Shown: one piece after another, positions 38,323-51,918 of the stretch | Layout: every line of letters starts with the position of its first letter | How positions within the stretch are numbered: position 1 is the stretch's first letter | Assembly (NCBI GenBank): GCA_964016885.1 | Contig: CAXHJY010000179.1 | Location: 1-64,000 of the forward strand | DNA: 64,000 nt | From: Eledone cirrhosa | Taxonomy: Eukaryota | Direction of reading: 5' to 3' | The notes under the pieces: model-generated | The model's input: the letters and a program-made list of their open reading frames with translations, nothing else | Database searches by the model: none | What the model was told of the DNA's origin: nothing | Made by a program: the position numbers and the translations under genes

Positions 38323-40319
38323 GAAGATAGGTGTGTAGAGAGAGGAGAGAGAGAGTTGAAGATAGGTGTAGAGAGAGAGAGAGAGAGTTAAAGATAGGTG
38401 TGTGGAGAGAGAGGAGAGAGAGTTGAAGATAGGTGTGTAGAGAGAGGAGAGAGAGAGAGAGTTGAAGATAGGTGTGTAGAGAGAGGAGAGAGAGAGAGTT
38501 GAAGATAGGTGTGTAGAGAGAGGAGAGAGAGAGAGAGAGTTGAAGATAGGTGTGTAGAGAGAGGAGAGAGAGAGAGAGTTGAAGATAGGTGTGTGTGTAG
38601 AGAGAGAGTTAAAGATAGGTGTGTGGAGAGAGAGAGAGAGAGAGTTAAAGATAGGTGTGTGGAGAGAGAGAGAGAGAGAGAGAGAGAGTTGAAGATAGGT
38701 GTGTAGAGAGAGGAGAGAGAGAGAGTTGAAAATAGGTGTGTGGAGAGAGAGAGAGAGAGAGAGTTGAAGATAGGTGTGTAGAGAGAGGAGAGAGAGAGAG
38801 AGAGTTGAAGATAGGTGTGTAGAGAGAGGAGAGAGAGAGAGAGTTGAAGATAGGTGTGTGTGTAGAGAGAGAGTTAAAGATAGGTGTGTGGAGAGAGAGA
38901 GAGAGAGAGTTAAGATAGGTGTGTGGAGAGAGAGAGAGAGAGAGAGAGAGAGTTGAAGATAGGTGTGTAGAGAGAGAAGAGAGAGAGTTGAAGATAGGTG
39001 TGTAGAGAGAGGAGAGAGAGTTGAAGATAGGTGTGTAGAGAGAGGAGAGAGAGAGAGAGTTGAAGATAGGTGTGTAGAGAGAGGAGAGAGAGAGAGAGTT
39101 GAAGATAGGTGTGTAGAGAGAGAGGAGAGAGAGAGAGAGTTGAAGATAGGTGTGTGTGTAGAGAGAGGAGAGAGAGAGAGAGTTGAAGATAGGTGTGTGT
39201 AGAGAGAGAGAGAGAGAGTTGAAGATAGGTGTGTAGAGAGAGGAGAGAGAGTTGAAGATAGGTGTGTGGAGAGAGAGAGAGAGAGAGAGTTGAAGATAGG
39301 TGTGTAGAGAGAGAAGAGAGAGAGTTGAAGATAGGTGTGTAGAGAGAGGAGAGAGAGTTGAAGATAGGTGTGTAGAGAGAGGAGAGAGAGAGAGAGTTGA
39401 AGATAGGTGTGTAGAGAGAGGAGAGAGAGAGAGAGTTGAAGATAGGTGTGTAGAGAGAGGAGTGAGAGAGAGAGTTGAAGATAGGTGTGGAGAGAGAGAG
39501 AGAGTTGAAGATAGGTGTGTAGAGAGAGGAGAGAGAGAGAGTTGAAGATAGGTGTGTAGAGAGAGAAGAGAGAGAGTTGAAGATAGGTGTGTAGAGAGAG
39601 GAGAGAGAGTTGAAGATAGGTGTGTAGAGAGAGGAGAGAGAGAGAGAGTTGAAGATAGGTGTGTAGAGAGAAGAGAGAGAGAGAGAGTTGAAGATAGGTG
39701 TGTAGAGAGAGAAGAGACAGAGAGAGAGTTGAAGATAGGTGTGTAGAGAGAGAGGAGAGAGAGAGAGAGTTGAAGATAGGTGTGTAGAGAGAGAGGAGAG
39801 AGAGAGAGAGAGAGTTGAAGATAGGTGTGTAGAGAGAGAAGAGACAGAGGAGAGAGAGAGAGAGAGAGTTGAAGATAGGTGTGTAGAGAGAGAGAGAGAG
39901 AGAGAGAGTTGAAGATAGGTGTGTAGAGAGAGAGAGGAGAGAGAGTTGAAGATAGGTGTGTGTGTAGAGAGAGGAGAGAGAGAGAGAGAGTTGAAGATAG
40001 GTGTGTGTGTAGAGAGAGGAGAGAGAGAGAGAGTTGAAGATAGGTGTGTAGAGAGAGAGAGAGAGGAGAGAGAGTTGAAGATAGGTGTGTAGAGAGAGGA
40101 GAGAGAGTTGAAGATAGGTGTGTGGAGAGAGAGAGAGAGAGAGAGTTGAAGATAGGTGTGTAGAGAGAGGAGAGAGAGAGAGTTGAAGATAGGTGTGTAG
40201 AGAGAGGAGAGAGAGAGAGAGAGAGAGTTGAAGATAGGTGTGTGTAGAGAGAGAGAGAGAGAGAGAGAGTTGAAGATAGGTGTGTAGAGAGAGGAGAGAG
40301 AGTTGAAGATAGGTGTGTG

Positions 40320-40350
<31 letters not shown>

Positions 40351-41160
40351 GAAGATAGGTGTGTAGAGAGAGGAGAGAGAGAGAGAGTTGAAGATAGGTG
40401 TGTAGAGAGAGGAGAGAGAGAGAGAGTTGAAGATAGGTGTGTAGAGAGAGAAGAGAGAGAGTTGAAGATAGGTGTGTAGAGAGAGGAGAGAGAGTTGAAG
40501 ATAGGTGTGTAGAGAGAGGAGAGAGAGAGAGAGTTGAAGATAGGTGTGTAGAGAGAGGAGAGAGAGAGAGAGTTGAAGATAGGTGTGTAGAGAGAGGAGA
40601 GAGAGAGAGAGTTGAAGATAGGTGTGTAGAGAGAGGAGAGAGAGAGTTGAAGATAGGTGTGTAGAGAGAGAGGAGAGAGAGAGAGAGAGTTGAAGATAGG
40701 TGTGTAGAGAGAGGAGAGAGAGAGAGAGTTGAAGATAGGTGTGTAGAGAGAGGAGAGAGAGAGTTGAAGATAGGTGTGTAGAGAGAGAGAGAGAGTTGAA
40801 GATAGGTGGGTAGAGAGAGGAGAGAGAGAGAGTTGAAGATAGGTGTGTAGAGAGAGAGGAGAGAGAGTTGAAGATAGGTGTGTAGAGAGAGGAGAGAGAG
40901 AGTTGAAGATAGGTGTGTAGAGAGAGGAGAGAGAGAGTTGAAGATAGGTGTGTAGAGAGAGAGGAGAGAGAGAGAGTTGAAGATAGGTGTGTAGAGAGAG
41001 AGGAGAGAGAGAGAGAGTTGAAGATAGGTGTGTAGAGAGAGAGGAGAGAGAGAGAGTTGAAGATAGGTGTGTAGAGAGAGAGGAGAGAGAGAGAGAGAGT
41101 TGAATATAGGTGTGTAGAGAGAGGAGAGCGAGAGAGAGAGTTGAAGATAGGTGTGTAGAG

Positions 41161-41197
<37 letters not shown>

Positions 41198-41650
41198 GAA
41201 GATAGGTGTGTAGAGAGAGGAGAGAGAGAGTTGAAGATAGGTGTAGAGAGAGAGAGAGAGAGTTAAAGATAGGTGTGTGGAGAGAGAGGAGAGAGAGAGA
41301 GAGATGAAGATAGGTGTGTAGAGAGAGGAGAGAGAGAGAGAGTTGAAGATAGGTGTGTAGAGAGAGGAGAGAGAGAGAGTTGAAGATAGGTGTGTAGAGA
41401 GAGGAGAGAGAGAGAGAGAGTTGAAGATAGGTGTGTAGAGAGAGGAGAGAGAGAGAGAGTTGAAGATAGGTGTGTGTGTAGAGAGAGAGTTAAAGATAGG
41501 TGTGTGGAGAGAGAGAGAGAGAGAGTTAAAGATAGGTGTGTGGAGAGAGAGAGAGAGAGAGAGAGAGAGTTGAAGATAGGTGTGTAGAGAGAGGAGAGAG
41601 AGAGAGTTGAAAATAGGTGTGTGGAGAGAGAGAGAGAGAAGAGAGAGATA
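33361..41650. repeat. 8.3-kb minisatellite, unit GTTGAAGATAGGTGTGTA + variable (GA)n
   Basis: Directly visible; source of the ERVEDRCV pseudo-ORFs. Confidence 0.99.
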
Positions 41651-41684
41651 GGAAGTGATAGAAATATTGGCAAGATGTATTAAC

Positions 41685-41832
41685 CTTTAAAAGCAGAAAG
41701 TTCAGCTTTAAATCCGGAGGATTGTTTATTAATGGTGCCAGTGAAGTATTTCAATTTAACAGGAAGATAACAAACATACACTCTCTTTCTATGTAGTGAA
41801 TCATATCTAAATGTTGAGTTTCGACAGCTACC
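41685..41832 (-). CDS. CUB-LDLa-TM gene exon, second half of a CUB-like domain
   Basis: tttcatttcAG / GTTAAT, 148 nt, phase 0 to 1; GSCRNSTFRYDSLHRKRVYVCYLPVKLKYFTGTINKQSSGFKAELSAFK (GFKA CUB ending). Confidence 0.82.
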
Positions 41833-42279
41833 CTGAAATGAAAGATGAATGTATAAATATCATTGACTATACAATATGGTTGAGGCACGTGGCCTAGTGG
41901 TAAGGGTGTTGGACTTATGATCATAACGTTGTGGGTTCCATTCTATCTCACCCCAAGACTTCTTCAATCCACTTGATTTATCTACCTCTCATCTTCTCTT
42001 GTCGAGGCTTAGTAGTAAGGGTGTTTGCGTGGCCTAGTAGTAAGGGTGTTTGACTTACGATCATAATGTCATGGGTTCAGTTCATTTCACGTTGCTTCAG
42101 TATACTCAGCTGAAAATTAAGTACCAGCAATAGTTGGGGGTTTAACCCTGCGATGGACTGCCATTCTGTCCAGGGGAGAGTCATGTACTCTCAGTCGCTT
42201 CATGCCATGAAACCAGGATAAGCACCAACCAAATAAGCCTTCTGGCTTAAGACAGACTTTAGACTTTAGATACAATATA

Positions 42280-43563
42280 CAGGGTGGGGCATAATTCCTG
42301 TTACAAGGTTTTAAATACATTATGTTGCTAATATAACTAATATATTTGTATCAAATCCATGCACTATAACCATATTAACTATTTTTCAGAACATTACGCC
42401 ATTAACAATTTGCAATGTCCATAGAATTGAAAAGAAAGTTCATAATAGAGAAGCATGAAAAAGGCCCGACTCCACCCGAGATATTTAAACTGGGGAAAAC
42501 TCTTCATATCAATAGAATGTTGATCAAAAGGACAATCGATCAATTTAAGGAAACTTCCTCGACCAAAGACAGACCTCGATCCAGATGCCCTCGCACCTCA
42601 AGAACACCAAAACTCGTTAAAAGTATGAGGGAAAAAATAAGGCGTAATCCAAGAAGGTCCATGAGAAAAATGGCAGAAGAAGCAGAAACATCGCCAAGAA
42701 CTATGCGGAGGATATGTCGAGATGATCTGGGATGTCACCCTATAAGTTCCAAAAGAGGCAGCTTCTTTCTGCAGCCACAATTGAAAAGAGGCTCTCCAGA
42801 AGTAAACTGTTATTGAACCGTATCAAGGATGGCACGCTGCAAAACATCATCTTTACAGATGAGAAGTTATTCACTGTGCAGCAGTCTCACAATCATCAAA
42901 ATGATCGAGTACTTGCAAAAAGTCTCAAATCAATTCCTTCAAGTGTAGGAAAAGTGTTCAGAACACAGAAACCAGCATCAGTGATGGTTTGAGCAGCCAT
43001 TTCAGAAAGAGGGAAGTCTCTTCTGATTTTTGTGCCTCAAGGAGTTAAAATTAACAATGAACTTTACATAAAGGATATTTTGGAAGGAGCACTGATGCCA
43101 TGGTGCACATCTGTTTATGGCGATGACATTTGGACTCTCCAACAAGATGGAGTGACGAGCCACACTCTAGCGTAACACAACAGTGGTATAGAGACCATTG
43201 TCCTGCGTGGATCAGTAAGGAAGAGTGGTCTCCCACATCACCAGATCTCAACCCTCTCTATTTTTCTTTATGGTCAATTCTTGAGAGTGAAGCCTTCTCT
43301 ACTCCTAGCCAAAATATTGAAACTCTAAAATCAAAACTGAATAAAGTATAGGAGAAAATACCCATGGAAACTGTTCCTGCAGCCATCGAAGACTTTCCTA
43401 GAAGACTTCGAGTGGTAGTGAGAGGAAAGCATTTCGAATAAATTTTTGTGCAGTTGTTTAATAGTATATTACTTACTATTTGTTGAAGTCAGATCTTGAA
43501 ATAAATGTTTTTTTCAAGAACTATTTGCATTTTATTTTCTAACAGTTTTTATGCCCCACCCTT
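42280..43563 (+). mobile_element. Tc1/mariner DD37D (maT) transposon with disabled transposase
   Basis: TA flanks; TIR CAGGGTGGGGCATAA; FTDEKLF, NHQNDRV, QKPASVMV, QQDG..SPDLNPL(Y) with 37 residues of spacing after correcting a frameshift; frameshifts and stops. Confidence 0.9.
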
Positions 43564-45937
43564 TAGTTAGTCTCCACAATGATCAAACATTACCATATTA
43601 CTTCTATATCAATTAGTAACCTTTCTTTGCTGCTTTTACAGAGTTATAGAGACACACCGGATTATCTATATTGGTATGGTAGTTATGTATGTCACATAAT
43701 CAATCACCAAAGTAATAAATGTGTAAGTATTAGTTCACTGAAAAGCTACAACACACCCTGTGATGTTAGCAGCCTTATACAATGTATTATATCATATGCA
43801 ACCAATCATATGAACAGCCATTGCCACTGTCACCACCACCACCAACATCATTACCATCATTTAATGCTTGTTTTTTTTCCTGCTAGCAAGGTCGTCACTG
43901 GCCAAGTCAATACTTAATCAATGTTATTGATCCCTGGGCCGTGCATCTCATAAATTTCCACACTTTACATCTCATAAATTTCCACCAGTTTCATTTTATC
44001 AGTGTACCAATGCTAGAGTGGTTGTCATGTTTTTCATACTACTGAAGAGTAGTATGAAAAACATTACAAACCGTTTGTTTAGCACCTTTTCTACTCAATA
44101 CGCTTCCTATCAGCATCCACTTTACAGAGTGTACTGGGCGCATTTATTATGTAGATCATCAACACTAGAAAGATTGTTGTGCTATTGACAACATTTTTTG
44201 GCATTGGTTTCTACAGCAGGGTGTCCTTCCTATCACCAACCACTTTACAAAGTGTACTGGGTGTATTTTCCATGGCACCAACACTAGACTCAACTGAAGA
44301 GCTCTCTCTACCATGTGGGAGGAATATGACTAATAGAGAGGTAAGAAGAAAGATAAATATGGTATATAATTGTCACAAATCATACCTCCTCTCTGCTTAA
44401 AATACTTTCATTTCAGCCTTTGAGCAGTACTTAAGTTGTAAATTTATATTCAGTTGCATTTAAATAATTTTAAAAAAACATTTAGCTGAAATAATCCCAA
44501 TCATTGCCAATGAAGTCCAGCAAAGTCAAAGAACGATAGATATTATAGTAATGTGTTTCTGATTTGTGCCCAAAATGTATAGATTAACCAGTACTTTTAA
44601 ATCCCCATTTCTGATTAACTGATAACATATGCAGTATCTAATGAATAGGTCAGCATGGAGTTACGACCCTTTATGGTCTGAGTTCAAATTCCACTGAGGT
44701 TAACTTTGCCTTTCATCCTTATGGGGTCGATAAAATAAAGTACCAGTAATGCACTGGCCTTGTGCCAAAAGTAAAAACAATTAATTAGGATTACAGCCAG
44801 CTAATAGAGAATTATGAATGTTTCATACATATGAAATAGATAAAAATCCATGAGATCGTGCATCATCACAGGTACATTTGCTTCCTAGCAGAATTGAATT
44901 GTGCTTAAGCAATTGTTTCTATTGAAATATGAGGTGTCATCACTGTATATTTGTTTACAACACAAATGAATTGAAATGCATTTAAGCAGTTGTTTCTGTT
45001 TTCATACAGAACAACACAAATTTGATTCCAGTGCAGATATTCATATTGACTGAATAGTGACACAAGTAGCTGTCCTACATACTCAATCATGTGCATGAGT
45101 GCCAGTGTGTGTGTGTGTGTGCACATGATAATATATGCATGTGTAACATTTCATGCTATGAATTTCAAGCCCAGAGCAAAGTCTCATATATAAGATGTAT
45201 GTGGTTTTACCTCTAGGTTTTTTTTTTTAAAGTGCCCAGCCCATACTGTAAAGTCATCATGTAGGTTTTGTGATAAAAAGTGCCCAGTCCACACTGTAAA
45301 GTGATTGTGTAGGTATCACGACAAAAGGCACCCAGTCCACACTCTAAAGTAGTCGTGTAGGTGTCATGACAAAAAGTACCCAGTCAACACTGTAAGTGTG
45401 GTTGGCATTTGGAAGAGCATCCAACCATAGAAACTAAGCCAAAATCAGTTCTGTGTGAACAAAACATGTGCATCCAACTTCACTTGTCTCACAACGGGAC
45501 AGCTCCTCTAACCCATGATAGTGTGGAAAATGGACATTAAACAATGACGATGATGATGATGATGATAATGAAACAACTGTGACTTATCTATGAGTATCAC
45601 ATCATCATCATCATAACAGTTGCTTTCCACACTGGCACAGGTCAGATGGGCTGTCACATTTGAGGTTAGACTGGTCAGATGACCACATCTTGCTCATACA
45701 TCCATATGTGGTATGGTTTCTATAGCTGAATAACCTTCTTAAGGTGGATGTACAGGATGTGTTTTGTTGTGGCATCAGTACTACCATTTTACAGGATGAT
45801 CTTTTATTATTATATTTTGTCAAATCAAATCAACATAACATGAAAGTCGTGAAAGAGATATGTGACCTCTATTAAACTTCTTTAGCAAATCAAGCAAAAA
45901 TATGATTATACAAGGCAAATGTGAATAGGATACTTAC

Positions 45938-46110
45938 AATAACATAGCAATCACTACAACTGAGGTAATTGGTGAAAATTATCTGCAGTTTATTGATCCA
46001 GAACCCCATTCTGATATCATACTCGAAATACTCGTTGCTTGATGGATAGAATGGAGGAAAACGGAAGGTGGTATCTTTACCATTGTAAAAATGTATGATA
46101 TCGCGCTTTG
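45938..46110 (-). CDS. CUB-LDLa-TM gene exon, first half of a CUB-like domain
   Basis: tcttccAG / GTAAGT, phase 1 to 0; AKRDIIHFYNGKDTTFRFPPFYPSSNEYFEYDIRMGFWINKLQIIFTNYLSCSDCYVI. Confidence 0.82.
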
Positions 46111-46189
46111 CTGGAAGAGAAGTAACAAAACCATATAACAATTACAAGAATTAATAGAACAGCAATAACTAGACTCTTTTTTTGCAGGA

Positions 46190-47615
46190 GTCACAAGAGG
46201 GGCCAGGTTTCTAATTTCAGGTATAATTCTATCTAAAATCCTTTTACTAAGTCTACCTAAATTGGACTTCATAGAGTTAATAAGCCGAATAGAGGGGTTG
46301 TTGGTGAAATTGGGTTTGTTATCCTTCAGGGTAAAGTGGGGAGAAATAGGATCCAGAGGTTCAGTCCGGTCCTGGATGTTGAGTTCAGAGGTGATTTTAA
46401 ACCCAGCATCATTGATGTCATTAATGACACTGATTAGTTTTACGGTAATCCTTAGTTACAGCATTATGTAGCAGTTGATGGTAAGTACTGCGCTCCACTT
46501 GATATAGATTGCCAGTTTTATCGGAATGGACGTGCACGGCATTAGAATCCTTAATAGAACGAATTCTATTCTTCAGGTCCTGCTGGAAAGAATTGCTCCT
46601 ATTCCGAAATTTGATACTCTGTATGAGTTCTAAGACATCATTTTCGAAGGGTACCAATGCTGGGTTACTCGGAGGGTTATTATAAGTTTTAAACCCAAAT
46701 TTATCCTGTTTATTGTCCGCTTTTTCCTGATTATCGAAATAAAAGGCACGCCAATGCAACCTTTTAAGGAACAAGTGCGTTTTCTGTATCAGGAGTTTTA
46801 GGTATGTCTTCCTGCTTGGTATGGGTATGTTCTTTGTAGAAATATTCAGATGTTGTTTCTGCATGATGAAGATATGTCAATAGAGTGCTCAACCGAGGGA
46901 GCCAAATAGTAATAATAATAAATTTGAAGACTAAAATCCAAAGAGGGATCGATAAGGACAAATATATATCAAATATGTAAGAACCCTAGCGCAAATATTT
47001 ATTAAATAACAAATTAAAGTTTAAGCAAAGAATTGCTGCTTTCACCCTTAACGGGATCTTCTGAAACTAAAAAAATCAATCTGTGAACGCAGAAGTAAAT
47101 ATTTCGAAAAACGTTGCAACCGAAGGAAAACAGGAAGACGATATTTTGGTTCATGAAGACATTCCCTGGCAATGAACGGAAAAAGTGAAGATAATACGTC
47201 ATTATGCGGAGCGATGAGAACAATTACACGCAAAGACAAAACCATTTTCTGGCTGTTGTTGTTGTTGTATTTGACCATTGGAGTAAATATATCGAAGTTT
47301 TCCAAAATGGTTTTGAATTAGTTTGAAAGAGACTTCGACTTGTTTTAGTTTGTTGTGTATCTGCTTAACAGACCTTGTGATGAGTGTTTCAGCTGTTTTT
47401 TCAGCAATCTCATTCAGACACGAAGGGTTAATGTTTATTGTTTGGGACAGAGAAAACCATGTCTTTATTAAGAGGTCAATTTCATTATCAGACCAATTGC
47501 ATTTGTTGTAGGCCTAATGGTTAGTAGTCATGTTTTTTTGTGTTTTTAGATATATGTATATACTTTTTCTTATGTGAGTGAGCCTTTGGCTATTTGAAGA
47601 TATTAAAGTAGCGTA
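46190..47615 (-). mobile_element. Second PLE family: 5' part of ORF plus upstream region, 3'-truncated
   Basis: MQKQHLNISTKNIPIPSRKTYLKLLIQKT..HSDKTGNLY..LKDNKPNF..IRLINSMKSNLGRLSKRILDRI, collinear with the ORF at 2185; frameshifted. Confidence 0.85.
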
Positions 47616-47629
47616 TATATATATATATA

Positions 47630-50600
47630 ATCTTCTCCTCACTACCATTTTGGCCGAAAAATTTTTCCAGGATTCATAAAAATGGCTTCTCTCGGCCCTC
47701 TAAATCGCTATCACCCCCCCACACACACACACCCCTCTCTATCATATACGTGCCTGTTGGTCCCTCCCTCTCTCTCTCTCTCTCTCTCGCTCACTCCCTA
47801 CTCGCACCAAATATAAATAAACCTGTTACGAGGTACGAATCTCAGAATTTGTCAACTCTTATTAATGGTCAGTCCACTTCTACGAAATGTAATGTAAAAA
47901 TACCATTTTCTTCTTGTCTCCCCACCCTTCGGTTCATTCATCCATATATCTATAATCACCCAGAATCCAAATTCTACTTCTTAATTGCTATTCTATAATT
48001 CTGTCTGACTGTTCTAAATAATCTTCTCCTCGCTAACTACCCCATACCCCTCCCGTCCGCCCCCACTCTCCACCATTATTATTTGGACCAATCATAAGTC
48101 AACGGCCTATGCTATCACTTCTCCTGGTTGCTTTTCGATATGGATGGACTAAGGAATTTCTGGAGAGTCTGAAGAATCTGGACACTCGAAGACAATGCCA
48201 AAGATAACAACAAATTCACCTCATGCTGCCGGACGAAAGAGCAAGGACTCCTCCTCTTTGTTTCGGCCGCGGATGGCCAACATAACCCCATCCCCCTCAT
48301 CCCTCCCTGCGCCCCACCCACCAAACGCAATCCAAAACTTCAGAGTTGGTACCATGAATGTAGGCACCTTAAAAGGCCGCTCTAACGAGGTTGTAGAAAT
48401 GCTTGAACGTAAGGAGGTTGATGTTTGCTGTATCCAAGAGAGCAGGTGGAGGGGCGGGTCTGCTAGATTCATTGTGGGTAAAAAACGATGCTATAAGCTT
48501 TTCTGGGTGGGAAATGACAATGGACTGGGTGGGGTAGAAATCATGTTAGCAGAAAAATGGGTGGATAAGATAATAGACGTAAATAGAGTGAATGACAGAA
48601 TAATTAAAATAAGACTTGTTCTAAATAGAACTACTGTGACAGTAATATCTGCGTACGCACCCCAATCCGGACTGCCTGGCACTATAAAAGACAGATTCTA
48701 TGAGACACTGATGCTCACTACCTCCCAAATAACCAACAGTGACTATATAATTATTGCTGGCGACCTAAATGGTCACGTTGGACAACATTGTGACGGCTAT
48801 GACGGAATCCACGGAGGCTATGGGTTTGGTACTAGAAATGAGGAAGGCTCCAGAATCCTGGAATTCTGTGACGCAAATAACCTAACTATCTGTAACACTA
48901 ACTTAAAAAAACGAGACAATCACTTGATCACCTACAGATCAGGGGAACATACCAGCCAGGTAGATTATATCCTTACCAGAAGACGTGACAGAGTGTCTGT
49001 TGTAAACACTAAATCCCTCCCCCATGAAGAATGCACCTCCCAACATAGACTGATAATTAGCGATCTCATAGTCAGGATGAGACGTACTCGACAACAGAAG
49101 AGGACTATCCTCAGGAGAAAAATATGGAAGCTAAAAGGACCCCACAGCCAGAAATTAATTTAAAAGCATATTACTTGATGCTTTCGACAGTAAGGAAGAG
49201 CATTTAGAGTCGTACAATATAGAGGAACAGTGGGAATTCCTGAAAGCAAACCGGCTGATGGCGGCAGACGAAGTCTGTGGCTGGAGCAGGCCTATAGGCA
49301 GGAGGAGAGTAACGTGGTGGTGGAACAGTAAGGTGGAGGAGTCAATTAAGGCCAAAAAGCAGGCTTGGAAAGTATGGCGGGATGGGGGAAGTAGAAAAGA
49401 CTATCAAGTGGCCAGGAGGGAAGCTAGGAGACAAATGTACTTCGCAAGAAGGGAAGCAGAGGAAAGAAAGTTCAAGTATGTTCTACAACGCGAGGACCAA
49501 AAACGTGAGGTGTTCAGGATTGCTAGGCAATGTGTCAAGGAAAACCGTGATATTGTCGGGGAGAAGTGTGTCCTTAATGATGATGGTGTACTTGCTATCA
49601 CTGACGCTGATAAGAAGGTAGCTTGGAAGTGTCACTACGAAAGGCTACTAAATGAGGAGAATAAATGGGAGAAAGACAGTCTCCCCCACATCGATCCAAT
49701 AGAGGGACCAGCAGTGTTAGTCGAAGGTAGTATAATAAGTAAGGCAATCAAAGATATGAAGACGGGTAAGGCGGCTGGGCCTTCGAAAATAGTTGCTGAA
49801 ATGCTGAAAGCTTCTGGAACGGTGGGACACACCATGGTCACCCGGATAGTAAACCAAATCATACAGAATGGGGTTGTTCCGAAGGACTGGCGTAGCAACA
49901 TCATCATTAACTGCTACAAGGGTAAAGGAGATGCCCTATAGAGGCATTAAATTAATCGACCAGGTCATGAAGGTCACAGAAAAAGTAATAGCGCAACTAA
50001 TCAGAGAGAGAATTGATCTAGATGAAAGGCAGTTCGGGTTTGTGTCAGGTAAAAGTACCACAGACGCTCTTTTCATTGTACGACAACTACAGGAGAAGTA
50101 CCTAGCTAAAAGTAAACCCCTATACTTAGCTTTTGTCGACTTGGAGAAAGCCTTCGACAGAGTCCCCCGTTCCATTATCTGGTGGGCTCTTAGAAAACTA
50201 GGTGTTGATGAATGGCTTGTGAGAGCTATACAAGCCATGTATAAAGAAACAGTCAGCAAGGTTAGAATTAACAACGAATATAGTGAAGAGTTTAGCGTAA
50301 AAGTTGGTGTTCATCAGGGCTCCGTTCTTAGCCCCCTCCTATTTATTATTGCCCTTCAGGCTATAACAGTGGAGTTCAAGACCGGCTGCCCATGGGAACT
50401 CCTATATGCAGATGATCTAATGCTCATAGCTGAATCAATGGCCGAACTAGAGAAGAAATTCCAAACATGGAAGCATGGCCTAGAATCAAAAGGCCTTAAA
50501 ATTAACCTGTCTAAGACTAAAGTTCTAGTTTGTAGGAAGGAAAATAGGGCACCGGTCCCATCCGGGAAATGGCCATGTTCAGTGTGTAGGAAAGGAGTAG

Positions 50601-51750
50601 GTAGAAACTCCATTTTATGTCCCAAATGCAAAGTATGGGTGCATAAAAGATGTAGTGGGATCACAGGTAAGCTAACTAAGAACATAGATTGTATATGTGG
50701 CTGGTGCTCTGGTGCAATAAGTAGCAGCAAGTGCCCACAAAATACTAGTTCATCCCATTGCACAGATGGTTCTATAGAAATAGTGGACAGCTTCCGTTAC
50801 CTGGGTGACAAAATCAGCAGTAGGGGAGGGTGCTCTGAAAGTACAGTAGCTAGAGTCAAAACTGGATGGAAAAAGTTCAGAGAGCTTATACCACTATTAG
50901 CCGCTAAAGGGTTCTCTCTAAAAATGAAAGGCAGGCTGTATGATGCCTGCATACGAACAGCAATGCTACATGGCAGTGAGACCTGGGCATTGTGTGCAGA
51001 GGATATACGCAGACTGGAGAGGAACAAAGCTTGCATGCTCTGCTGGATGTGTAATAATAATATACGTGAATGGCAAAGCATAAGCGAACTAAGGGAAAAA
51101 TTAGAAATAAGAGGGATCAGATGTTGTTTACTCGAGAGAAGACTACGTTGGTAAGGTCACGTGATGCGCATGAAAGACGACAGCTGTATAAAAAAAGTGC
51201 AGGGCAATAAAAATAGACGGTAGCCACAGAGTAGGCAGACCCAGAAAAACCTGGGACGACTTGATAAATTCTGACCTCACACACTTACACCTCTCCAAGA
51301 CAATGTCACTGGACCGAGATCTTTGGCGCTACACAGTAATACAGAAGACCCGCCTTACCTAAGTACAAAGTGAAACCTACTACAGTCAGTAGGCACCTCT
51401 CACAAAAATACACCCCCGTCCCACTACCCCCACCCCATCCACACCACCCCTTTCAATGTAAAGTTATGTTATGTTGGTACCACAACATCCAGTCCGAAAC
51501 AAATGAGGTCGTGTAGGTGTCACGACAAAAAAACACACAGTCCACGCTGTAATGTGGCCGTGTAGGTAACACGGTAAAAACCTCCCAGTCCACACTGTAA
51601 ACGTGGTTGGTGTTAGGAAGGGCATCCAGCTGTAGAAAACCCGCCAGACAGTCCTATGCGAGCAAGACAACCACTCTTGCCTCAAGTGGGAAAACTCCCG
51701 TCCAAACCCATGCAAGTGTGGAAGATGGACGATGATGATGATGATGATGA
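47630..51750 (+). mobile_element. Near full-length RTE LINE (APE + RT + PHD-like insert), frameshifted, between (TA)n tracts
   Basis: APE: TMNVGTL, CIQESRW, SAYAPQ, AGDLNGHVG, QVDYIL, SQHRL; RT: FVDLEKAFDRV, GVHQGSVLSPLLF, LLYADDL, FRYLG; breaks near 49155, 49940 and 51152. Confidence 0.93.
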
Positions 51751-51918
51751 TATATATATATATATTTTTTTTTTTAGTATATGTTGGTTGTATACCAACA
51801 CCTCAGTATGCAGATTGGAGCACTCGACGAAGTGCGCAGGTTGGTTTGGTTACTCTGGAGTAATGTAAAATAAAATAAAATAAATAAGTCAAATGTTTAA
51901 AATTTGGCTTCGTTTATT

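Noticed and set aside
33361-41650. CRISPR-like constant repeat with variable spacers; ERVEDRCV ORFs
   Set aside because: Spacers are only (GA)n length variants, there are no cas genes, and the context is eukaryotic
43642-43675. Plus-strand exon-like segment (ttttacAG..GTATGG)
   Set aside because: Isolated, with no partner exons or recognisable protein
44027-44064. 17-bp hairpin atgtttttcatactact/agtagtatgaaaaacat
   Set aside because: Real but short and AT-rich; most simply a local fold-back duplication with no sign of function
48090-48195. Possible 5' ribozyme in the RTE leader
   Set aside because: Could not assemble HDV or hammerhead topology by eye
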